From NCBI RefSeq assembly GCF_009914755.1, contig NC_060933.1: a DNA stretch of 64,000 nucleotides; one strand, written 5' to 3'. Positions 43,896-57,737 of this stretch are shown here, in pieces. The number at the start of each line of letters is the position of its first letter. Position 1 is the stretch's first letter. The notes beneath the pieces were generated by a model. That model was given only the letters and a program-made list of their open reading frames with translations. It was not told the DNA's origin and ran no database searches. The position numbers and the translations under genes were made by a program. The stretch comes from the human T2T-CHM13v2.0 reference genome, Homo sapiens.

Positions 43896-44783
43896 TGCCT
43901 CATGTTGTGACTTGGTATAATGTCCATAAGATTACACTGACTTTACACATCATATTGCAGTTTTTGCTAGCTCTTCTGTAAGTAGAAAATGGAATTCATC
44001 AGCAATGCCTTCTAAGTCTGGCTCTGTTTTCCCATGCAGACTATTCCCTGAGCTCTGCTTGTCAGTCTTGCTAGAACCTCACCCTAGGCAGCAACCTCCA
44101 GTCTGAGATTGCCCTTGACAGTGGCTGAGGTTTGCATTGTTGGAATGGATTAGAAAAAACAAAGGGAAGACAGACCAAAACAGATTTAAATACAGATCCC
44201 ATTTGTTGAAGTTTTAAGTAAATGTAAATGTTTATTTGCACCAGCTGCCCACTCCCATTGTACTCTCCTCACCCAAAAAGGTGACTTGATATTCTAGTAA
44301 AAAACCAAACTGTGCTTTAGAGAAACCCACTTGTTACTTCTTTAAATCCATATTATTTTGCCAAAGTGAATTTTTCTTAATATGCTCTGGCAGAATCAGT
44401 AAACTAATTATTTACACCAGAGTCACTTAAACTTTCCTCTTGGTCATTTGCATGTAAATTATTTTTATATGTATAAAATTTGCTTACTCAAGAAAGCTCT
44501 TGCTATATATATATATTTTTTTTTTTTGTGGTATCTTAACATACTCTAGTCTTGTCTTGAATTCCTTAAGACTTTGAGGTAAAGAACTCTATTGTAACAA
44601 GTTTCCAAATCAAAGTGGGAAAGAGGAAGATTAGGTTAAGCATTAGGTCATCAGGTATGTAGGACAGCTAATTCCATTATCAGAATGGTAGTGATAGCCA
44701 GTTTGCATTTTGTATATTAGTTGTAACGAAAATATTCAGCATATTAGTGACAAAACCAAAGTTATTGTGAATCAGTTTATAAT

Positions 44784-45068
44784 TTATTTTTTGAGATAGG
44801 ATCTTACTCTGTCACCCAAGCTCAAATGCAGAGGCATGATCTTGGCTCACTGAAGCCTCAACCACCTGGGCTCAAGAGATCCTCCCAGCCCAGCCTCCTT
44901 AGTATAGGTGAGTGCCACCACACCCAGCTATTTTTTCTCTAGTTTTTGTAGAGATTGGGTCTCACTTTGTTGCCAAGGCTGTTCTCAAACTCCTGGGCTC
45001 AAGCAATCCTTCTGCCTCAACCTCCCAAGTGGTGCTGGGATTACAGGTTTGAGCCACCGCACCTGGCC
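44784..45068 (-). mobile_element. AluJ
   Basis: Antisense AluJ; TSD AGTTTATAAT on both sides. Confidence 0.9.
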
Positions 45069-45653
45069 AGTTTATAATGTTAATGGCTTTTGGAGCAGGA
45101 ACCAGTGGGTGCTGCTTCTTGTCTGCAAGATGAGGAGTCTCCTCTCCCCAGAAGTGAGGCATCTTCTACCACAAGGGAGGCTTTGCCCAAACAGTCACCG
45201 AAAGGCTGAGATTGGGGAGAGAACAAAACAGGAGTGAATATGTTCCTGGAAACTAACTGCTCCCCAATTCAATTCTACTGCAGACATTCAGAATGAAGGG
45301 GACATTCAGCTGAAGAACAGGAGTGCACTGGCTGTTAAAATCTCAGATTGTAAAAACAATTTTGCTTCATTTTCCCTAAATAATTTTTAAACAATTGTTC
45401 TTAGGTGATTTTCTAAACTTCGGGTAATATCTGTGACTTAGTAAATGTTCTTTAAAAGATGGGATAATATTTTTATTTTGTTTAATTATATGTGTTTTTA
45501 AACTAATTTTATAGGAAAAATAATTTCTTTCCTTCCCTGTTATACCAAATACAGCCTTTAGCTCAAGACACAAGTAATTCCAGGAAAACTGGAATGTAAG
45601 TTCAATATGTTGCACTAAGTACATTTGAAAGTGCATGCATTTTTATTTTAATT

Positions 45654-45922
45654 CATCATTCTCAGTCAACTATCGCTGGAAACCATCATTCTTAGCAAAC
45701 TATCACAAGGACAAAAAACCAAACACCGCATGTTCTCACTTATAGGTGGGAATTGAACAATGAGAACACATGAACACAGGAAGGGGAACATCACACTCTG
45801 GGGGCTGTTGTGGGGTGGGGAGAGCGGGGAGGGATAGCATTTAGCCTAAGGCTAAATGTCGAGTTAATGGGTGCAGCACACCAGCATGGCACATGTATAC
45901 ATATGTAATGTATACATATGTT
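45654..45922 (+). mobile_element. Short rearranged L1PA2/3-like 3'UTR fragment without poly(A) or TSD
   Basis: CATCATTCTCAG..GGGAATTGAACAATGAG..CACACTCTGGGG..CACCAGCATGGCACATGTATACATATG, with internal duplications. Confidence 0.9.
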
Positions 45923-47877
45923 AATGCACCAATTCTGCATCAAGTCAGTGCAATCAGAGACACTGCAAGAATGACTTTTGGTTTTCTTTTCCTAGTTTTT
46001 GAAAGTTTCTCAAGTCTGTCATACTGGACTCTGTATTACATCTTGAATTTTTTTCACTTACTATAGATCTCCTATACGCTCAATTGTTTAGCTATTACCT
46101 TAACATTTACCCTGTGAACCCATGACATTTGAGGCTGCCAAAGTGATTATTACATGATAAAACATATACTCGGTTAAAGGCAATATTTAACAATTGTAAA
46201 ACCAATAAATCAATAATTAAATCTTTCTGGCTTAGACTTAAAACTGCTTAATTTAGTCATATCTCTACCCACAATATAGGGATTCCAGCAAGGGTTGAAA
46301 GTAGAGTTGGCAAGCATTTCCATTCTCTTCTGGGACAATAATTCTTACTACCAACACTGGTTCTGACCAGTGAAATTCAAAATCAGTGAAACACTACTCA
46401 GAGTCTGAGTGAGCCAAAAATAGTTTCACTTTAGGAAAAAGTCTATATCCTTAGATGTGAGTGATTCTCTGTGAACATTTTATTCACTTTAATATATTTA
46501 AAGAAAATCTTTCTGAATTGGTGTGTTTTCTTTAGTTTGTATTCTGATACTTTGATGCTAAAAGCTTTTGACTTTAAGTTTTCATGGAGGGGCTATCTAC
46601 ATAATAATTTTTATACATCATTATATGCATCAATGATTAAAAAGGAGTAGAAATTTTTACACTAATTGAGAAATATTATAGACCTAACTAAATGAGGGCA
46701 AACTATAAGCAATTTGGGGAAACTATAAGGATGTAATTAAATAGTCACTGTTTTTAGAAACCATTAACTGCATATTGAAATCTTGACACTTGTTGGGAAA
46801 ATGAGGTGGTAAATCAACTTGTCAGCGTGAGTACTAAATAAAACAAAATATGGTTAAGAGTGTCCCTTTAAAGTTCAGATAGTAGTTCTGCAATTTCTGA
46901 TTTTAAATGTTTCTGCAAAATAGTTTATCTGAATGATTAAACTATTATTCCGTGTTCACCAACCATTAAGAAAATCTGCTGTATGACCAGGTTAAACCTG
47001 AAAATGGTATAATTCAAAACTTGATGTAGGCAATAGGTATGTAGAATGTGTTTATTCTAATATGAGAGGGCATATCAAAGTAATTTTCTTGGAGCACACT
47101 GTCAAAACAAAGCAATGGGATTTGGCCATGGACATTTCATTATTATCAAAGAGACCTGGACACTACCTTACAGTAATAACTTTATTATTTAGCAAAGATG
47201 TTTTATAAAAAGAACAACAAAATGAGAGGAATAGAAATCACACAGGTAAAACAGATAATCTGACTTTGTGGGTCTCAGAGCAGAGATTAGTGTCTTTCAG
47301 TTTCAGAGTAAATGACCTCACTGCATTTCTCTGAACTGTCATGGTTGTCACAAATATACTGTGTTCTAACTCACTCCATGATTTAAGGTCTACAAAGTAA
47401 CAAAGGCAAAGTAACCTATATGCTCTACCATATTTTCCTCAATTCTAGTGTTCTTCAAAGAGAGAATGTTTTCTCTAAATCTAATTGAGAGTAATTCTGT
47501 ATGGATCGCTAAACATTTCTTCAGGCAGTTGGAGTAATATGTGTCTAGGGCTAACTCAGAGGGGTCTTTTATGTCTTTTAAAAGAAGCTAACTATACTCT
47601 TGTGATATGATAATCACCGTCATTGACTTACAGTTTCTAAGGTTTGAAGGGATATTGAACACTCAAGGGGCTCACATTCTTACTGATTCATGAATCTCTT
47701 CAGGTCCAGGGAACTTAGTATTTTTCAAGAGTGCAAAATGCCTAGAGACAGCTGGGAACAAATGAATGTCATTCTTGATACTGTGCTCATAGTTACTTGA
47801 GCTTCATCTCAGAAAACAAATTGTCTGGTGCAATATTTCTTACAACTTAGTTCCTAAATGAACTCAACAAACTAGTT

Positions 47878-50201
47878 CTTTTGTTTTATTTTATTTATTA
47901 CTATTATACTTTAAGTTTTAGGGTACATGTGCACAACGTGCAGGTTTGTTACATATGTATACATGTGCCATGTTGGTGTGCTGCACCCATTAACTCGTCA
48001 TTTACCATTAGGTATATCTCCTAATGCTATCCCTCCCCACTCCCCCCACCCCACAACCGTCCCTGGTGTGTGATGTTCCCCTTCCTGTGTCCATGTGTTA
48101 TTGTTCAATTCCCACCTATGAGTGAGAACATGCAGTGTTTGGTTTTTTGTCCTTGTGATAGTTTGCTAAGAATGATGGTTTCCAGCTTCATCCATGTCCC
48201 TACAAAGGACATGAACTCATCATTTTTTATGGCTGCATAGTATTCCATGGTGTATATGTGCCACATTTTCTTAATCCACTCTATCATTGTTGGACATTTG
48301 GGTTGGTTCCAAGTCTTTGCTATTGTGAATAGTGCCACAATAAACATACGTGTGTATGTGTCTTTATAGCAGCATGATTTATAATCCTTTGGGTATATAC
48401 CCAGTAATGGGATGGCTGGGTCAAATGGTATTTCTAGTTCTAGATCCCTGAGGAATTGCCACACTGACTTCCACAATGGTTGAGCTAGTTTACAGTCCCA
48501 CCAACAGTGTAAAAGTGTTCCTATTTCTCCACATCCTCTCCAGCACCTGTTGTTTCCTGACTTTTTAACGATCATCATTCTAACTGGTGTGAGATGGTAT
48601 CTCATTGTGGTTTTGATTTGCATTTCTCTGATGGCCAGTGGTGATGAGCATTTTTTCATGGGTTTTTTGGCTGCATAAATGTCTTCTTTTGAGAAGTGTC
48701 TGTTCATATCCTTCACCCACTTTTTGATGGGGTTGTTTGTTTTTTTCTTGTCACTTTGTTTGGGTTCTTTGTAGATTCTGGATATTAGCCCTTTGTCAGA
48801 TGAGTAGGTTGTGAAAATTTTCTCCCATTCTATAGGTTGCCTGTTCATTCTGATGGTAGTTTCTTTTGCTGTTCAGAAGCTCTTTAGTTTAATTAGATCC
48901 CATTTGTCAATTTTGGCTTTTGTTGCCATTGCTTTTGGTGTTTTAGACATGAAGTCCTTGCCCATGCCTATGTCCTGAATAGTATTGCCTAGGTTTTCTT
49001 CTAGGGTTTTTATGGTTTTAGGTCTAACATGTAAGTCTTTAATCCATCTTGAATTAATTTTTGTATAAGGTGTAAGGAAGGGATCCAGTTTCAGCTTTCT
49101 ACATATGGCTAGCCAGTTTTCCCAGCACCATTTATTAAATAGGGAATCCTTTCCCCATTGCTTGTTTTTGTCAGCTTTATCAAAGATCAGATGGTTGTAG
49201 ATATGTGGCATTTTTTCTGAGGGCTCTCTTCTGTTCCATTGATCTATATGTCTGTTTTGGTACCAGTACCATGCTGTTTTGGTTACTGTAGCCTTGTAGT
49301 ATAGTTTGAAGTCAGGTAGCGTGATGCCTCCGGCTTTGTTCTTTTGGCTTAGGATTGACTTGGTGATGCGGGCTCTTTTTTGGTTCCATATGAACTTTAA
49401 AGTGGTTTTTTCCATTTCTGTGAGGAAAGTCATTGGTATCTTGATGGGGATGGCATTGAATCTATAAATTACCTTGGGCAGTATGGCCATTTTCATGATA
49501 TTGATTCTTCCTACCCATGAGCATGGAATGTTCTTCCATTTGTTTGTATACTCTTTTATTTCATTGAGCAATGGTTTGTAGTTCTCCTTGAAGAGGTCCT
49601 TCACCTCCCTTGTATGTTGGATTCCTATGTATTTTATTCTCTTTGAAGCAATTTTGAATGGGAGTTCCCTCATGATTTGGCTCTCTGTTTGTCTGTTATT
49701 GGTGTATAAGAATGCTTGTGATTTTTGTACATTGATTTTGTATCCTGAGACTTTGCTGAAGTTGCTTATCAGCTGAAGGAGATTTTGGGCTGAGACAATG
49801 GGGTTTTCTAGATATACAATCATGTCACCTGCAAACAGGGACAATTTGACTTCCTCTTTTCCTAATTGAATACCCTTTATTCCCTTCTCCTGCCTGATTG
49901 CCCTGGCCAGAACTTCCAACACTATGTTGAATATGAGTGGTGAGAGAGGGCATCCCAGTCTTGTGCCAGTTTTCACAGGGAATGCTTCCAGTTTTTGTCC
50001 ATTCAGTATGATATTTGCTGTGGGTTTGTCATAGATACCTCTTATTATTATGAGATATGTCCCATCAATACCTAATTTATTGAGAGTTTTTAGCATGAAG
50101 TGTTGTTGAATTTTGTCAAAGGCCTTTTCTGCATCTATTGAGATAATCATGTGGTTTTTGTCTTTGGATCTGTTTATGTGCTGGATTATGTTTATTGATT
50201 T
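47878..50201 (-). mobile_element. 5'-truncated L1PA (PA4/5-like), 2.3 kb: ORF2 RT and C-terminal part plus 3'UTR; inactive
   Basis: ORFs 48873-50300 and 48105-48848 translate to LINE-1 ORF2 ([37 protein letters not shown]). Frameshift near 48873. RT motif FADD is mutated to FAGD (49827-29). No TSD seen. Confidence 0.97.
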
Positions 50202-51288
50202 TATGCAAGAATAATCTAAATTTCTCTGGTGAAAGAACCTAAACATGCCTTTTAAAAATTTATATATCATTCCTTTTGTAAAATCTAATGAAAATAACAA
50301 TTTTGTCTATTGTAAAAGGCAAGTGGTTGCAACAGATGGAAATCACTTTATTTCCTATATCTTTGTAAAGATAATGACTGCTAATAAACAACATGAAGAA
50401 TTTTCAGGTATAATTTTGATAAAAATTTAATGGTTTTGGGCTTCTAGGCCAAATCTGCAATACAATCCTTCATAAGATTGTACTTTGAAACTCTCGTTGT
50501 CATCTGACATATGCAGATAGTACAGAAATATAATCCCCTTTCTAAATGTTTACATTGTCTCCCTGGTATGAATTAGCTTGCTGGAAACATCAGTAATCAC
50601 TGACATAAAGATCCCACTATTAAATAAAACTGATACTTTTTAAAACCATGCAGCAAATAAGCAACATTTCATAAAGCAACACAGGATTTTATATGTTTCC
50701 CATTCCATTAGAGGCTATTATGCTGAATTGGATCCTCATTCCAACCTGTGTCCATATTTTAGGGTTGAAATAGTCTAAAACATAACATTTACTGTTCTCC
50801 TGTTGTGATATCTGTATAGCTAATATGTTCACATTCTCTGTATTCATCTATGTTAATAATTTTAAAAAGGAAAAGAAAGGGGGCTTTAGGAAGAACTTTA
50901 CATCACACGTCAGAGTAAACATCAAATCAAGTTCTCAATTCACTAATAAACCCATTTAAGAAAAAGTATTCCGCTAGAGAGCAATGAATCTTATTGTCTT
51001 TGTGTCTGATCCATATTTCTCCACCTGACACATGGAAATAACCAGAGAGTTACTATAAAATACCTCAGGTGCATTGTTGAAAGTAATTTCCTGCTTTTGT
51101 GGGATAACTGAAACATAAACGTAAATAAGATAGTTTGAAAGTTCACTTTCTCATCAATGCTCAAATAATTTGTTCTAATAAAGCCCAGTAAAATTTAGCT
51201 TGTAATGCCATCAAGGTAAATATATTCATGAAGTACTCACTTGCTAAATTTTTAAACACAACACATTATCTCATCTTTAATTTTTAGT

Positions 51289-51690
51289 TGTTATTTCAAT
51301 TATCCATTGCTGTGTAATTAGCAGTCATCAAACTTAGTTGCTTAAAACACAAACTCACAATTTGTTAACTTTGGTTGGGCTCAGGAGGATAATAGTCGGA
51401 GTCTTGCCTAGGTTTCCTTATATGACTGACAAGGCCTACATAGTCCAAAGTGACATCACTCAAATATCTGGCACTTCACTGGTGCTATCAGCTGGGTTCT
51501 CCTCCACTTAGTCTCTCTGGTAGAGTAGATCAGGTTCTCATTTGGCATTGCTGCCATTTTAATTTGGCAAGCCTAAATTTACTATCATTTGTCAAGTGTC
51601 TATTAAGTCAGTGTCAGAGAGGACTATATAAGGATATGGCTATGAGGAGACTTAATAAATCGAGGGTTCTTTGATATAACAGGCTACCCA
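51289..51690 (-). mobile_element. Old MaLR LTR (MLT1G/H-like)
   Basis: TATCCATTGCTGTGTAA..AAACTTAGTTGCTTAAAACAC..TGGGCTCAG..GGACTATATAAGG..GGCTACC. Confidence 0.55.
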
Positions 51691-52028
51691 GTTACATTTC
51701 TTGTTCTAAAGATTTTTTCAGATACAACAAACAATATTTTACAATTTAACTGGTAGATGAATGAGTTTCCTGAGATATAATTTAACTAAGCAAACTCTTT
51801 CATACTAAAAATCTTATGACCTCTTTACCCATCTTAGGTTTTAAGATTGATATGAGAGGTATTCTGGAATAGAAGTCTAAATTTAAGGCTAGAGTCAAGA
51901 GTGCCGAAGATAAGACTCTTATCCAAAGGAAAATCAAGCAACTGCTATGTCTTGCAAAGGCCAGTGAGCAGACAGAGGGGAGAGAATACAATTGCACCAA
52001 ATAAAGACTCACTTTGGAACTCAGTGAT

Positions 52029-52240
52029 TATATGTGTGCATATATGTGTATATATATGTATATTATACATGTGTATGCATGTATATATGTATATTATACA
52101 TGTATATGCATGTATATATGTATATTATACACATATATGCATGTATATATATGAATATATATAAAACTGAAAACTGCACACATCCCATATACACCATATA
52201 CATGAAAGTGAACACACACACATACATAAACATATATATT
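52029..52240. repeat. (TA/TG)n low-complexity repeat
   Basis: Read directly; contains ~26-bp ATGCATGTATATATGTATATTATAC units. Confidence 0.9.
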
Positions 52241-55200
52241 CAGTTTCAAACAATTGTTAGGGAACCTGAGGAAGAAACTAAATGGAATATAATGGTTGCA
52301 TCTATGATAGCCATGGTACTAGAACTAGTAGTAGTTCTACTAAGGTGAGAATTGACATAGTAAAAGAAATAAGATACAAAGCAGTAAGAGAGAGCTACAT
52401 TTTCCTTAAGGCCAGGCTGAATATTCACTAACAAGGAAATTTCTACAGTCATTATTTTAATCTGATTCATTCTCTTGGTGGGATATTCCAGAGTTACCAC
52501 CTACAGAAATTCCACTTTTCCTTACCGAGGTTCTCTTTTTTTCTTCTCAGTCCAAATATTAGTCATTTTGGTAGAGAAGGCAGAAACAATTAACAATTGA
52601 GTAATTCCTCAGGAATCATGTTAAAAAGTTTCCAAATCATGAATGTATAGTTATATTTTGTTCACTAGATTTTAACCCACATACCTCACTTGTATAGAAA
52701 TTATGCTTATTTGGATATTCAATATATTTCTTCATACAAAGACAAAATCTATAAAATGTACACACACATAGATGCTATGGATACATGCACACATGTGCAC
52801 ACACAAATATGTATACATGGTTTACCATTATTTTCTAGATCATTCAGAGGTCAGTATTAATTAAAACATCATAGATCTATGGCAAATTTTGGGCCACTTT
52901 TCCTAAGACAGGAATTTAAAAAGCCTTCAATTGTCATAACAATGGGAAGAAGTCTGAGAGCTGGAGTAAGGGAAGTTGGTGCTCAGAAATATTAACTACC
53001 ATTTATATAGGATATCCTTATGAGATAATCTTAAAGCCAAATGAGGCTAAAATATTAATACGAGATATTTAGCCAAGTTTTCCAGCAGGAAGAAGGAAAT
53101 AAGCAGTGAACTAAAAAGCATACAAGATACAGAGGAGCAGGTTAAATGAAGCCATTACAGCAGAAATTGAGAAGAATAAACAGGAGTTAGAAGATGAGAG
53201 CAAGCAATTGCAAGTGGAGTGGGCTGAGCTGGAATTATGGTGTAGAAAATGACTGGTTGAGAAAAACCCAAACAAATATTTCTATAATGTCATGTGCATA
53301 AGGTATCTGTAGATGTTATCAAGGTATATACATAAACTACCTGTCATTAGAGCTAATTTCTTAGCAAATTATTCATAAAAGTTTATAACTTTGTGAGGCA
53401 TTACAGACACCAAAACTAATGATTTGGCATTTCCGTGGCCCAATTTGTCTAAAGAACTATCTTTTACACTTTACTGTTTTTTAATAGGCAATACAGTGCT
53501 CAAAAAGTCTTTTATACCAAGTCCAGTAGGTTGATAACATTGAGTATAACTGAGTATTGCTTTGTGTCTACCCTCAGGCAAATCTGGAGATTTTCTCAAG
53601 CCTCTTTATGAAAATGGAGAGACCTCACAAGAGATGCTAATGGACAGCTGACCCTGCTCCCTGCTCCATCACAGGTTGTAGAGTATTAATTCCCAAGTTA
53701 CCCAGACATTTAGTTCTGAATGTGCAAAAATGGTTTAGGTTCAAATGTTTTCAACTACTGACAAGCTCAAGAATTCAGAGGAGGTAGTACTAAGGGAAAT
53801 GTAATTAATATATAATATCAAAACTTAAGCATAGCACCATAACACCTAATTTTTGATGATGTAAAATACTTAAAGTTCTCCCTTTTTATTTTCTGGTGAA
53901 AGGTGCGTAGTATACAAACCTCTACTAACTTCTTGGGCTTCTGAATAAAGGAAAGGACTACCTAATGACTGTAATAGCTTGACTGCTGAAGAATTATGTC
54001 AATTAATAAAAATTGCTTCATAGGGAAAAGATGAATTGTCTCTTCAAAGTTTTTTTAAGCATGGGTGACCAAAGCCATCCCATACTTAGAAGAAAATATT
54101 GCATTGTTTTATGCAAGATATGCTGTACACGTTACAGAAGATTCATGTTTAATAATGCATCTTGTAAAAATCTTAGAGAGCTATAACCTTACAACATAAC
54201 TTAACCCAAATACATTGAAAACCCCTTGGATTTAGACCTACAGGGAGGTGGTTTTTCTTTCTGTACCATAGCACGCATAGTTGAAGCAAACATACTCCTT
54301 CAAACATAATACTCTTACATAATAGAAAGTGTTCTCTGTTTTCTGGATGAAAAGGCATGAGGTCTTTTGTATTAGCAAACTGAAATTGTTAACTATAAAA
54401 AGTCAAAAATCAAAGGTGCTCTCACTTATTTATAAGGACCTTGAATGGCTCAGATTCATCAGGAAAAAAAAACATTCCTCAGAGAGTCTGATCTCAAGCT
54501 GATGTTTCTTTATTGAATTTGATTCTAAACCATCATTTTTGTTGAATCCTCTGTGCTTTCAGAATGCTGAAATGTAAAATATTTTTAACTTATGAAAGAG
54601 ATAATTTATTTTTATTTTCTCCTATACATTTTTAAGTAGCACCTTAAAAAATAGACAAATCCATCCAGGGTCAAAAGAACTCAACTCAATTCTCTATCAC
54701 TGTGAAAATAGACTTAGTTCTTCATTACAAAAGCACTACAATAACTACAAAAATTATACCTCCTGGAGTATATATTTACATATCCATGCAAAAGGGGAAT
54801 AGATTAAAAGATGTTTATGAATGTCTAAAACCTTAAGTCAGTTTAACGTAGTATTATAAATCAGGTTTGTGGGTGATATTTTGTCTGCTTCTAGACTTGT
54901 GAGCAAGTTATTAAGTTTTAGGTTACTTATATTTAAAATTCAAAAAGGAAATGATTGTGATTGCATTCAAAGAAAGAGAGGACATTTTGAAGCTTCTTTG
55001 TTTTACTAATATCAAAACATAATATCACATTTGTAAAACACGTTGATGGCTTACAACCAAGTAAAATACCTCAATACCCCACTTTTCAAGATCAGTAATA
55101 TTGGCCTAAGAGTATCACTCTATAGGAATTATAAAAAGTTGTATTTATGCCCTGAGATTATACCCTATAATGTGCAAATATTATAGGATAGACAAGTGGA

Positions 55201-55559
55201 TATAAGGTTTCTTTCTAGGTTTCCTTATATACTCCAAATGGTAAAACTAGATGGAAGATTAAAATTCTAAATGTTGTTAATTTTAGAACCTTCAATGTCA
55301 GAGTTACTTTGTATGAATGAGTTTAGCTAATTTTCCACACTATGCATATCTAATAGAAATTACTATTGCACAGGTGAGAAAACTGCATCTCTGATTATTA
55401 TTATTCACTCTAGTCACAGAGATAAGAAAGGGCAAAATATCATAATAGAAGCCCAAATAGGTCTTATTTTAATGGAATATTTTTCCACTGGACTTCAACT
55501 GGTTTATCTTATTTATCCATCCATCTAAGATCAGTTGAAAAAAGAGACTTGCAGATGCA

Positions 55560-56445
55560 ATATTTTAGCTAATATATCCAATCTCCTATTTGAAATCTCC
55601 TGCGTATCTAACAGAAAACTCAAATTTAGTATGTCTGAAATCAAGCTGACTGCTGCACGTGTTCACACTGAAACAAAGCAAAACAAAATTCCTTCAACAG
55701 CTTTTCTCATCTCAATAAATGGTACTACACTGTGCCTGTATGACTCATGCCCAAAACCTAGAGGTCGACCTAGGTTCTTTTTTTCCCCATGACTCTCCAT
55801 TTCCAAGATTTCCGTTTCTTCCGTGAACACTTCTCAAAGCCACACCCATCTCTCTGTCAGAATACCACAATGCATTGCAAATCTGCCTCCCCACTTGTCA
55901 TCTCCTCCCTAAATGCTCTATTTTCACAGTAGTCAGAGTGGCTTTTTTTTTTTTAAAGCACACAAGATCTTGACTCTTCATTCCCTACTTTCTGCTTTAA
56001 CTCCTTGTTTGGCTTTCCTCTGCTAATATAAAGAAAAATTTCCAACTTCTTTTTAATGACCATAGATCCTGGCTTGATGTTTTCTACCTACCTCTCCAAC
56101 CACGTCATACACTTCCCTTCTTTTCTTATCACACCCAAAACATTCTTAATTATTTCCACAGTCTTTGTATATGCCAACCCTTTTTCTGCCTCTAGAATTT
56201 TGTGCTTGTTTCTCTTTCTTTCTAAAATAAGCTTTCTGTGGCTTTTTGTAAAATTAGATCATTGTTCTTTGAAATCTCGGCTAAGAAGTTTTCTGAAATA
56301 CCTTAATTAAAGTTCCTTCCCTGGTTACTAGCAGTCTCCTCACTTCGTTTATTTTTATTGTAATCTTTAATGATTGCTTTCTATTTGTTTGACTTCTTGA
56401 TCAACTCAAATTTGTATCCTCAGCTCTTATCAAAATACTAGGTAA
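55560..56445 (+). mobile_element. L2 3' region
   Basis: TATATCCAA..CCTATTTGAAATCTCC..CTCAAATTTAGTATGTCTGAAA..CATCTCAATAAATGGTAC..TGTATCCTCAGCTCTTATCA. Confidence 0.6.
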
Positions 56446-57255
56446 CTACACACTTATTAAAACAACTAAACATAAAAATAGTGACAACAAAAGCTGGCAA
56501 TGATGAAGAAACTGTATCATTCATACATTATTTGAATTGTAAAATGTTATAATACTCTGGAAATAATTTATCAGTTTCTTTAAAAACTAAACATATATTT
56601 ATAATAAGATCCAGCAATTGCACCCCTGGAAATTTATCTAAGAGAAATGTAAACCTATATGCGATCTTTAATATCTTTCATAGCACCTTTAATTCTAACA
56701 GAGAAAAACTGGAAACATCCAAGATGTTGGACAGGTGAATGGTTGAATAAACTGTGGTATATCCATATGATTAAATACTACCCAGAAATAAAAAAGAATA
56801 TACTTTTGACACATGCAATAACTTGCATAGATCTGAAGGGCATTATGCTTAGTGAAAAAAAAGCAAATATCAAAAGGACACATGGCATATTATTTCATGT
56901 ATATAACTTTAATAAAATAACATACATATAGAAAACAGATTAGTGATTTCCAGAGGTTAGTGATGGTATGGGAATGTGAGATGAATATGGCTATAAAATG
57001 TGAGGAAGACACTTTTAGTGATGGAAGAGTTCTGTAACTTAATTGTAATAATGGTCACATTAATCAATACGTGATAAAATTGGCATAGACCTATGAATTC
57101 ACATTGTATAAATGTCAATGCCTGGTCCTGATATTGTACTAAATTATACAAGATGTAACTCTTGAAATAAACTGTGTAGAATAGTACACGAGACCTCTCT
57201 GTATTTGAAACTCCCTATGGATCTAAGATCTTTTCAAAATAAAAAGCTAAAAAAT
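56446..57255 (+). mobile_element. L1MC/L1MB 3' end
   Basis: GATCCAGCAATTGCAC..AACTGGAAACATCC..AATAAACTGTGGTATATCCAT..GGGCATTATGCTTAGTGAAAAAA..TATTGTACT..ATACAAGATGTAAC..AAAATAAAAAG. Confidence 0.8.
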
Positions 57256-57289
57256 GCTAAGTGTTCAATAAATAAAATAGTAACTGTAT

Positions 57290-57500
57290 TTTATCCAATT
57301 CTTACCATATAAAAATGCTTCACATACATTAACTCATACAATTCAGTCTATAGCAAGATCATATTGATGCCATTATTAGTCCTAATTTATGGCCTAGTAG
57401 CTTGTTCAAGGTCACATAGCTAATAGGAGGAAGGTTTATGATTTTAATCCAAGCAACCAGCTCCAGAGAATGTGCTACCAACTGACACATCACAGCGTTT
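57290..57500. mobile_element. MIR
   Basis: GCTTCACATACATTAACTCAT..CTTGTTCAAGGTCACATAGCTAATA..GATTTTAATCCAAGC..CTCCAGAG. Confidence 0.65.
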
Positions 57501-57519
57501 CTCAAAAATAATTCTGGAT

Positions 57520-57737
57520 GGAAGGAAAGAAGGGAGTTAAGGAAGGAGAGAGAGAAGGAAGGAAGGAAGGAAGGAAGGAAGGAAGGGAGGGAGGGAGGGA
57601 GGGAGGGAGGGAGGAAGGAAGGAAGGAAAGAAGGAAAGAAGGAAGGCTGGAAGGGAGGGAGGGAGGGAGGAAACAGGGAAAGAAGGAGGGAAGGAAGGAA
57701 GATACAATAAAGGAAGGAAGGAAGGAAGGAAGAAAGA
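57520..57737 (+). repeat. (GGAA)n/(GGGA)n polypurine microsatellite
   Basis: Read directly; ~220 bp, almost all purines. Confidence 0.95.

Noticed and set aside
48105-50300. Functional reverse transcriptase gene
   Set aside because: 5'-truncated L1 with no promoter, ORF1 or endonuclease. It is frameshifted, the catalytic Asp is mutated, and the ORF start lies in flanking DNA.
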